In this document: positions 54,480 through 64,000 of the stretch, one piece after another
Layout of the letters: every line of letters starts with the position of its first letter
How positions within the stretch are numbered: position 1 is the first letter of the stretch
Source: Macrostomum lignano
Lineage: Eukaryota
NCBI GenBank assembly: GCA_002269645.1
Contig: NIVC01000045.1
Span: 186,001-250,000 of the forward strand
Reading direction: 5' to 3'
Length of the DNA stretch: 64,000 nucleotides
Program-made: the position numbers and the translations under genes
The notes under the pieces: generated by a model
What the model was told of the DNA's origin: nothing
The model's input: the letters and a program-made list of their open reading frames with translations, nothing else
The model's database searches: none

Positions 54480-55770
54480 GACTTACTTGACTTGACTTAG
54501 CTGCAGGGCTAAGCGGGAAGGCGCCAACGCCCATTTCGCTAATCCCTGAACGGCCGACGCGTCGCAATGGACGAAGGGTTGGCGCCGTCAAGTGAAGTCC
54601 CCCCCCCCAGTGTCGCCAGCAGCTATGGTGCTCTCTGGAAAGGACAGTTCAACCGCCCTGCGGGTGGCCCGGAGGCAGCGCATGAGCTGATTAAAGTTTT
54701 CGGGTCCTCAGTAATAGATGTGCGTGGCCGGAGGTAAGTGAGTCTGGCTCGCATGAAGGCGGGACAGATGCTGATGAAATGCTCAGCGGTTTTGTCACCT
54801 GAGTTACAAAAACTGCAGATCGCGTTGTTGGTGTTGTCCTGCAGGTACTGGTGCCTGGAGAAGCAGCCGTAACCTGAGAGGGGCATAGTGGCAGCCCGGA
54901 TGTCTCTACGCGAGAGGCGCAAGAAGAGCTTCCGGAGCTGATGAGAGGGCTGAGGGACAGCGTCTCTAGGTTGCCTGCCGGTAGTGTAGTTCGCCCAAGC
55001 TGAGCGTTGCTGAGTCCTGATCCACGCTTTGATGCGCGAGGCGAGGACACAGCCGGGAATCGGGACAATGGGTTTGATAGCGTTGTCTCAGGTTGAGCGT
55101 TGAAGCAATGCCATCGGTGAAGACGCGATTTGCCTGGCACTCATTGAGAACGTTAAGGCACAGGTCGCTATGCAGAACAAGGTTCCGCTTAGCAGGTACT
55201 CTAATGTAGAGGAATTTGACGGCGGCATCTAGTAGACGCCGCGTCGTTCTAGCCGCCTCACCCCTGACGAAGAGGTCGAAAGGCGGTAGATCAAGGAAGG
55301 CCCCCATGCCAGAAAAGGGCTTGGACCTGGTGGCGTTGCAGATAAGCCTACGCGCTCTACTCTGGATCGTGTTGAGCGAATCTGCATGGCTTTTAACCTG
55401 GGTGGCGCTGACCCAGACGACAGAGGCGTACGTAATGACGGATCTAATTTCTGAAGTGTAGATCTACCAAAGTCACTTTTGGTAGAAGTGCCAAGTTCTC
55501 GGTCGGAGCTGGGCCAGGATGGCTGAGGCACACTTGGCTTTTGCTTTCACGTGGGAGGACCATTTGAGCCGGTAGCCTCATAGGCTGACCCCGAGACATC
55601 TGGTCAGATGCGCGAAGGCAATATTTCTGCCGTAAAGCTGCTGAGGTCTTATGTTCCAGCGTATTCTACTGGTGAACATATTGGCAACAGTTTTGGGCTC
55701 AGAGAGTACCAAACCATTGTCATTGGCCCAGGATTCTGCTTTGCTCATCTTCGAGGGAAGCCATGAATCA
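54480..55770 (-). mobile_element. 5'-truncated non-LTR retrotransposon (LINE), degenerate
   Basis: Minus strand gives WANDNGLVLSEPKTVANMF...TRCLGV (end of RT), ITYASVVW...IQSRARRLICNA...LDLPPFDL, a CCHC knuckle CSFCNSGDKTAEHFISIC, and an (AAGTC)n-like tail at ~54480-54500. It lies in intron 1 of copy B. Confidence 0.8.
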
Positions 55771-56373
55771 TGCCTGTATGAGTTCTAGCATAATTTAGCA
55801 GAACTGGCCGAAGAGAAAAAGCTCACAGTCTCCTAACGGGCGGTGCGATAATAATTATTTAGAATATTTGATTCTTCCCGATATTGCGCATTGATATTTA
55901 GATACTGTGCAGTGTACAAATGCGACTAGGAAATGCACACTGAGCCATGCGCGGGCCTGAAGAACGAGGGCAGACGCCAACAAGTTAAATACATGTAAAG
56001 TAGATCACATGTGCTGATGCACTTCTGCTTCTGCCTTCTGCCTTCCTCCGCTTTACCTGAAAAAGCATTGGGTGTTGATAAAGCTGCACTGACTGGTTGC
56101 TTGGCCAGGAAATACAATGAAAGTTTCCGACACAATTAAGTGATTTGTGCAGCAAAAGAATCCCATACTCAACTGCTGTGAGAACCCTGGCTTTATTTAC
56201 CGAATTGCAGAAGCCCAGAGGCCCGACAGGCAGCCGCTCACCACTCGGCTTCAGGCTCTCATCGGTGAGTCTGACCGGTTCGGCTTTCACTGCCGCATTG
56301 CGCCTTCCAACACAGGCTGGCAGCTTGGGGCAGAAATTGCAGTAAAACAGCAGGGTTGAGATTGGGTTGGACT

Positions 56374-56560
56374 GAGTGCTGCAGCAGCTGCACTCTCAGC
56401 TCTCCTGCTTGAGATGCCAGTCTGAGTGCTGCAGCAGCTGCACTCTCAGCTCTCCTGCTTGAGATGCCAGTCTGAGTGCTGCAGCAGCTGCACTCTCAGC
56501 TCTCCTGCTTGAGATGCCAGTCTGAGTGCTGCAGCAGCTGCACTCTCAGCTCTCCTGCTT
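56374..56560. repeat. 50-bp repeat x~3.7 in intron 2 of copy B
   Basis: Units start at 56374, 56424, 56474, 56524; single copy at ~41646 in copy A. Confidence 0.9.
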
Positions 56561-59500
56561 GTTCTGTCCATCCAACTCTGAGCAAATCACCCACATGCAT
56601 CTCGGATCATTCCAGGCTCCCAGACGACTCTCAGCAAGACAGGCGCCTAAGCGAGGAGCTGCATCGACTGCTCAGCGATGCGGGATTCACCGAGCAGAGA
56701 GCAAAGTGTCAGCAGAGACTGGCTGACCGGCTGGAAGGAGTCGCTCGAGTCCTCACACAGGAAGACAGGCGGATGACGGGCAGCTACGCAGAGGGCTGGG
56801 ACAACAGTCTGGTGCAAGTGAACGGCAGGACAGCTGCAGACTCGGACATTGACTGGACTGTGCTGGTTGCTGGGCAGCATTTCCATCTGGAAGGTGGCTG
56901 CGACAGAGAGGGATATGGTTCCTGCCGAGACGCCACTCCGCTGCAGGTCACGGAGGGCCACGCACAGGTGGCAGTGGGAGCAGGTAAGTGAGGCTGGGTT
57001 GATCATCAGAATGCTGAGATCAGCATACAACTGGAAGCCCATTAACTTTGCTCAATTTTAAATTCGCAACCGAGTGGCGCCAAGCCTCCAGCAGCTTCTG
57101 AGACTGCAAATGTCGTCTTGGGTGCTGAAACAAGCGGAGGGCGAAATTGAAAAGAAAACTCTGATGCCGACTGGCTGAGCTGGGCCATTGGGTTTTGAAT
57201 TCACAGGCTCCGATTGCAGCAGTGTGTTTTGTTTGAATAACGCCAAGTCAATGAATTATGGTAGTTTGAAATTAAGCTATATTTTAGCGGCAACGGTCCT
57301 AGGGTCTTGTGTTCATAAATGAAAATATTCGAAGCTTAGCAAACAAAGGAGAGTACCGTATCGCGTCGCATAAACCATAGACTATTTCCGAAGTATTATA
57401 AAAGTCTATGCTTTGCAGTACTCATAGCAATACGCAACAGGTGCAGCGGTGCTTGGGTGACCCACGGTAGGCGGCATGGCTCTGCTGAGGTGCTGCTGCT
57501 TTCACTTGGAAAATTTTAATCAAAACAAACCGAAACCGCCCTGACTGCCTGATTGGTGCCTTGCTGCGCGGCACTGAGTCCTACTGATGCTTGGGCACTG
57601 TGCTGAGCTGCAACCTGATGAAGCCAGAGCAGCTGAAGCTGAAGCTGGGCGAACTCAGTGGGTGCAGAGGCTCATGCCTCACAGGTGCATATGTTTGGCT
57701 CTTCAGAGAGCACCAAAATTCTGTGGCGTCTCTGATGAGCTGAATAAACGTGCATGACCTGACTTCAGCCAAGTCAATTGTGCACTTGCACTTATCAAAT
57801 ATATATTTAAACAACAAAGTGAAAAACACAGATGGTAGCTGAGTGAATGTCTAAGCTAAGTTTTAGTTAAAAATTAGGCGAAAAATTTACCTTTTTGCTT
57901 GAAAGGATATTTAATTGGATAGAGAAACACTAGAAAAGCAAAGAAAAAATCAGCAGTTTGAAACCAACCCATCTTTTTTACTCGCCACAAAGCGACTCTC
58001 CGCTCACTGCGCTCTGCAGGCAGCCAACCTGCAGTGACAGCCACGGCGTGCGGTGTGCGGCCTGCACAGGACACGTGCCATGCGATCGAGTGCTGCAGTG
58101 GTTTCTGTAATGACAGAGTTAAAAAACTGATTGATGACAGTTATACTGCAGTCCACCTCGTTCGGGCGACCAGACCGAGTGAGACCAACGAGCTCAGAGT
58201 GAGCTTCAGCTTCCAGGAGAAAGACATCATGAAACGACTGGGCACAGTCCAGGGCCAGCTGTTCACACTCATCAAGTTCATCTTCAAGAGACACTTGCCG
58301 CTCACTCTGGACACACCTGGACTCAAGACCTACCATGCAAAGACTCTGCTCTTCACAATGCTGGAGAAGCATGGCACAGATCCTGAAACTGACGCTTGGC
58401 AGCCCCACAATCTGATCGCTCTGCTTAAGGAGTCTCTCGACATGATGCTGAGCTTCATCGACTCGAGCAGCTCGCCCGATGAGTGCATGCCGCACTTCTT
58501 CATGCCCGACGCTCCGCTCTACTTCAAGAACGCTGGAATCGGCGGCGACTTCGACAACACGAAGGCGAGGGTTCGAGACCGACTTTGTGAGCTGAGAAGC
58601 GACATCGGCGGAGTAGTCGAGCAGCTGAGGAGACTCGTGAGACCTCTGCAGTCAGAGAAGCTATACTTTCACCCGTTCACTCTGCTGCCTCTGACAGCGC
58701 CGCCTGTTGTCACGAAGATCAGTGAATGTTTTGACGAAAAATTAGCAGACGTGTACAGTGTGGTGCACCAGTGTGTGAGCGAGCTGCAGTGGGAATCGAG
58801 CGACAGAGACACTCTGATGAGGCAGCTCAGTCTCCTGCATGAGCTGAAGTGGTGCAAGTGCGCCGATCTGTGCATGACCGCCATGGCGCATTTGAAGTTC
58901 GGAGAATCTGAGGAAGCTGAGAGACTCGCAATGGAGCTGCAGAGACATCAAGTTGAGTCGGGGTACTAGCCACAGGATATTCAAGAACGCAAATATCTAT
59001 CGTATATAATGAAACTAGTGAAATTATCTGATTCAACTGAATTTGACTTGGCGTGGAGGTTCTGCTTCCCATGCGACTCTCTGCCTCGCTTCCCATTCCT
59101 TCCCGAGTTCACGCAGAATCTGTTCACAGCCAGACTGTCACAGCCTCTCTTCTTCCATCTGTACGTAAACTTCCGCTGCCTGAGCTGGAGTCTCCAAGCT
59201 GAGCTGCTCCGCAATCACGCACCTGCAAATAAATTGGAGGATTGGAAACGAGAGCTGGAAGAAGACCCGGACTTGGAGGAGCTGCTCACTCTGGCTCACT
59301 ACAGCGACTGCCGCGAGCACGTGGAGTTTAGTCTGCAACAGATGGAGATGATCGAGAAAGAGAGACGCGTCGTCATGGAGACGCAGGACGAGGAGAAGAT
59401 CGGCTGGGTCAGGCAGAAGCTGGAGAGACTTGATGCAGCAGCCGGAGTCCTCAAAGTCGAGTCGCAAAGTCGAGGTCGGAAAAGAAAGGCCGAGTCAGAC

Positions 59501-59881
59501 TGACTGCCTGGTGCGGTGTTCGATACTGACACATTTTTCATGAACTTTGGGTTTGTTCAATCAAACTGTTTATTTTTCTGCATGCCCACTTGATGAGGGA
59601 CCTCCGTGTTATGTCAATTTCTGCCTAATTGAGCAACTGAAATGGTGCTTTGGTTTGTCTAGCTTTCAGGAAATGAGCACATCGAGCGTCATCGAATTCG
59701 AGTAGCCCTCCTGCTCTGAACTGGAGTTTTGCACAATTGTGCTGCAATTCAATTCACACTGCATGCTGAATTGCTTCTTCTGTTCGAACTGCGTGTCTGC
59801 TTTGATGCGGGCTTTTCTCTGCGATTTTTATGCGGAGTTCAATCTCCAATTGCCAATGCTTTCCAATGCAAATATTCAAGT

Positions 59882-60470
59882 CAAGTGGCCAGGTTGCACA
59901 TTTGAGAGCTCCTGATTGGCTGGCCTCCCTTCTTTCTCTCTTGCCCTTCAACTCTGTGAGCTTTGCGGGTCCCCAGCGCCCTGCTCACCCGGTTTTTAGG
60001 TGCGAGGGTGGCCCTCACCTCCCTGCTCTTTACCAGTTTCGCCCTGAGCGTGAAAATTCAACTGAAGTTGCAATATATAGAAACAAAAACAGTCTTTCAT
60101 GAGTCCTTCCAGTAAGACAGCATTTGCTTTTCATTAATTTGTCCTATCTTCATAATTCTCTTCTTTTGTCGAAGTCTTCATTCGGGTCTGCGAAGTGTCT
60201 GTACGCCTCCAGACCCGTGCTCACCTCTGCGCTGCTCAGTGGCCACCTGCTCACGGCCTCCTCATCCGCACCTCCCTCTTGCTGTACGGCTGCTGGACGA
60301 ATGTCTGTAGGCTCCCCGCACCTCCACTTGCTGTCTGGACAAAGTGTCTGTACGCCTCTGGGTTCGCCACTCTCGATCGCCTGTCACATCCGACAAGCCC
60401 TGGGCAGTCCCGCACCCGAACCCCCGATCACCCGTCTGCGGTCGGCACGGACAGAAGCAGAAAATCCAAC
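59882..60470. mobile_element. ~590-bp insertion specific to unit B, LTR-like; related to 54310-54480
   Basis: Interrupts sequence that is contiguous in unit A (45060-45090). Shares cctgattggctRgcct and ccctgctcaccc with 54310-54480. Confidence 0.4.
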
Positions 60471-61204
60471 ACCTGCATGAACCTGGAAAATTGAAAGCTC
60501 GGCTGGTTCAGGGAGAAGCTGGAGAGACTTGATGCAGCAGCATGAGTTGAACTCAAAATTTTGTTAGCTTCTCTGGTTTTTGCGCGAGCTGTTTGAGAAA
60601 TTTTACTTCACCCATTTCTGAGAAATATTTTAAATGTACTTTTATGGCTTAAAATAGTGCGTACATGCTCCTCGACTATTTAAGCACCTGTTCTCAGAAT
60701 CAGCTCAGTACGTCTGCAAATGATTATATCATGTACTCACGAACATTCAGCTACAATTCCGTTTTTTATTTATTGCTGTCTCAGTGATCATATTGGTAAA
60801 ATAAATAGAAAAAGATAAAATGCATCAATCTGTACTGTACTGTTGAATTTGTTTTTTTTAATACTTTGCAGGTTTGCTTGCTTGTGACTAGTTGCAGATA
60901 AATTTGAAAATAGTGATAGAATTCTTGCAATCATTTTTGAACTCGCCATTTACTTTTGCTCTCGATGCTTTCTTTTACATGCCGCAAGTAACAGAAATTT
61001 TACAAAAAGTGTTGTACTTCTGGCTTTAAGCCTTCAATGCATCCATGCCTCATTGATGCCGAGCTCAGCTCTCAATCCATTTATCATTTATCTTCCTTCT
61101 TAGTTTTGGTCTGTTCGATCTTTTCATATTAACATAGTTGCGCGATGCGCAGTCACAAAAGTAAATGTCTATGGGGAACTTTTGTTTCACCCGCAACACC
61201 CTCC

Positions 61205-61778
61205 CTCATTAACATTCAGTGACTGACAGCCTGACAGCTCCCTAATGAACAGTCAGTGACTGACAGCCTGACAGCTCCCTCATAAACATTCAGTGACTGA
61301 CAGCCTGACAGCTCCCTCATCAACATTCAGTGACTGACAGCCTGACAGCTCCCTCATGAACATTCAGTGACTGACAGCCTGACAGCTCCCTCATGAACAT
61401 TCAGTGACTGACAGCCTGACAGCTCCCTCATCAACATTCAGTGACTGACAGCCTGACAGCTCCCTCATCAACATCCAGTGACTGACAGCCTGACAGCTCC
61501 CTAATGAACAGTCAGTGACTGACAGCCTGACAGCTCCCTCATGAACATTCAGTGACTGCCAGCCTGACAGCTCCCTCATCAACATTCAGTGACTGACAGC
61601 CTGACAGCTCCCTAATGAACAGTCAGTGACTGACAGCCTGACAGCTCCCTCATGAACATTCAGTGACTGACAGCCTGACAGCTCCCTCATGAACATTCAG
61701 TGACTGACAGCCTGACAGCTCCCTCATAAACATTCAGTGACTGCCAGCCTGACAGCTCCCTCATGAACATTCACTGAC
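61205..61778. repeat. 37-bp minisatellite (aacattcagtgactgacagcctgacagctccctcatg)
   Basis: About 15 units. Confidence 0.95.
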
Positions 61779-62602
61779 CGGACAGGCAGGTCGCGGCCCC
61801 AGTCGCCATTCATTTTTCTGTCCGATCCAAGAGCTCCGCACGCTGCTGATGAACTCAAAACTGCGGCCATTTCAATATTGCCGTCCATATTTGATGCCTG
61901 CTCTGTGCCATAAACCAAATGCACTGCTTCGGTTTCTAAATATAGAATGATGCGACCTGCCACTCGCTCTCAGTGCCAGCTCTGGTGCTGTGCAAGGGTG
62001 GCTTGAATGTCCTTCAAAATGGTGGTCCTTTTTGCTTTGCTTGAGTTCGGGACCGAGCAGTGTGGATGCGTTGAGTTTCTGAGGTGGGTTCTGCAAGTCC
62101 CTGGCTGATTAGCATCTCAGTGAATCCCGATGATATTAACATATGCAAGACAGGGGGACAAAGAAAGACGGACAGCCGGGCCGGCGCGGTGAGCGCAGAT
62201 GAGCAGCGGAAGTCGGAGCCGCTCTCCCAGCCTGCTGACTGCTGAGCCGAGGCCACCACTGAAGGCTGCTGCTGCGCGGCCTGCGCATGCTGCTGGCGTC
62301 ATTGGGGGGGGGCTCTCCCATATATTTTCCTGCGAATACGACATCTCATGGGTAGACTAAACGTGTAGTGTAAAAATACATAATTGTCAGGGACGTTGAT
62401 AACACTAATGATGGACAGTGGAGATAATTAAGCGACCAGAATTGACTGCTATGTCGAAATGGCCAGTGATGACGAATTCGAAGGGACCTACGAAGCCTTT
62501 CTAGCTTTAAATATTATTATGTACTTCTATTACAATCCCATGCACAAAATTTAGTTTAATTTAGCGAAGTGGTGTTATGTATACACGTACTTGTTGTTTT
62601 GT

Positions 62603-63247
62603 TGTTAAACGGGGGTAGGAGCTTATGCTACCCGCGGATCAGCCCTGTGAGAGGCTCTGCCGCTGAGGGGCACTTCTAGAGATACCCACTGGTAATTAGA
62701 CCCTGACGTCGTAGGCCAGGGCTGGGTGTGAACTGCCAACCTAATCCAAACATATGGTACAAGACACCGCCAACCCAACAATGGAATCAGGGACGGTGCT
62801 AAAACCGAGTCCACCCAGACCGCCCCGGCCCCAGCTGACAAGTCTTCGGGTGTGCGCGCGAAAAAAAGAGTTAGAAATGCTTAGTTCACTACTTAGAGTG
62901 GTCCGAGAGCGGGGAAACCCCGAAGTCTACGGAAAAGGCTATAGTTAGAAATTTGGCTGGAAGGCTTGTTTCCGAGGGCGAGCAAGCTATGAGCACCAAG
63001 GGTATCACCTATCCAGCTTTAGCTTGGAGGCCAGGCCAAGGTCGGGAAGGGGCACAAGGCGCAAGAGGACCCGGACTCAGTCGGTATCCCCGATTCGGGA
63101 CGAACTCGTTCCCCAGGACGCCAATCCACTGTCAGGATGAGAGAGCCAGAGACACAGCAGAGGCGGGGAGACAACCAGAGGAGCCAGCAGCAGATGGAAC
63201 CGAGGATAAAGCAAGGTGGACCGGGCAGGGAGGGTACTTACTGTACA
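62603..63247. mobile_element. Possible solo LTR or TE fragment
   Basis: GC-rich 645-bp island bounded by TGT...ACA in AT-rich flanks; no recognisable protein; TSD not confirmed. Confidence 0.25.
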
Positions 63248-64000
63248 ATGTGCATGTTGTTGTGTAGCCGAGTCTTGAGGTTTTCCAGTTGAGTTGAAAT
63301 GTAAAGTGCTAGTAGGTAGGTGCGGACATGTACAGTAGTTGCTTTATTTCTATTTTTGTTATTTAAGAAAAACTACATGATCGATATTTTAACTACACAA
63401 GAAAAACTGCACGATCGATAAATTCGATAAGCTCGATAAAAGAGCTAGAGATATCACGTGATTAACAATACATTATACAGATAATTTATCAACGACTCTA
63501 CTTACAGTGGCAGTATAAGTAACAGACAATAATGATATAATAATAGTTAGCATTTACGTTATAGTAGAAATATTAGCGTAACAGTTATCATAAGTTGGTT
63601 TGTCAAGTTACACGTACAACACATGTGGCGTACATGTGCATGTAGTATTATATGATCGACCCGCAAGCATGGTATAGCTACTATGGGCCTTTTTCATATT
63701 GCTTGTTCTGGTTCCAGAACCAGAACCAATTTGTGAAGTATAACTTTTTGTCTCCTTAACTGAGGGAGATACGTGCTATAAAGTTTTTATTATTGAATGA
63801 CAATCGCCAAGAAGAAAGTGAAAAATTGTGCTGAGGTTGTTAAGGCAGTCAAACATTCAACATAATAGTTATAATACTTTTTTTCTTGGAAGATCCGAAC
63901 CGATTCTGATTCTGGAATTGGTAACATGAAAAGCCTCTATGTCTACTTATACTTATATTTGTACCTTTAAAAGTGCAAATGAAGTGCATACAAAATGCAC

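Larger units (their letters stand above)
52403..59503 (+). pseudogene. Ankyrin repeat-cGLR fusion, copy B, one in-frame TAG
   Basis: Exons 52403-53358, 56211-56264, 56616-56983, 58020-59503; 2862 nt, same phases as copy A. About 3 atypical ANK repeats. TAG at 58967-58969 aligns with AAG in copy A, and the frame continues afterwards. Confidence 0.8.
50084..61000 (+). repeat. Segmental duplication unit B
   Basis: Direct copy of unit A, offset ~12.7 kb at its 5' end, enlarged by TE insertions in the first intron and the 3' flank. Confidence 0.9.

Noticed and set aside
32584-58969. Reassignment of TAG to a sense codon (both premature stops are TAG; none of the 8 gene models ends in TAG)
   Set aside because: Over 4000 codons of intact genes here contain no in-frame TAG; a sense codon would appear many times.
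27875-59503. Bacterial CBASS/CD-NTase operon or contamination
   Set aside because: The NTase genes have spliceosomal introns with conserved phases, host SINEs and no bacterial effectors.
36260-61778. CRISPR-like arrays
   Set aside because: All arrays are head-to-tail repeats without unique spacers, no cas genes are present, and the context is eukaryotic.

Overview
Eukaryotic (animal) genomic DNA with GT-AG introns; no prokaryotic features. Repeat content and a probable spliced-leader-dependent gene point to a free-living flatworm such as Macrostomum (inference). Left part (1-26.3 kb): five same-strand genes (3' end of ULK4, FAM91A1, a RING/B-box TRIM with an NHL-like propeller, NRDE2, RBM34). 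Twelve of their 14 visible introns, and every gap between them, carry a different minisatellite. NRDE2 has no genomic start codon: its exon begins at a splice acceptor exactly at codon 2, as expected if a flatworm spliced leader donates the AUG. Right part (27.9-61 kb): a birth-and-death cluster of ankyrin-repeat genes spliced in frame to cGAS/Mab-21-type nucleotidyltransferase exons. It holds one minus-strand paralog, two plus-strand copies in a ~12.7 kb tandem duplication, and a relic of another copy. The two tandem copies differ in N-terminal ankyrin repeat number (about 10 vs 3) and in short NTase patches. This ANK-cGLR array is the best candidate for an undescribed innate-immune sensor system. 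Also present: CORE-type SINEs, a second SINE family, a truncated LINE, LTR-like inserts and about 30 tandem arrays. Gene names come from remembered homolog sequences, not database searches.
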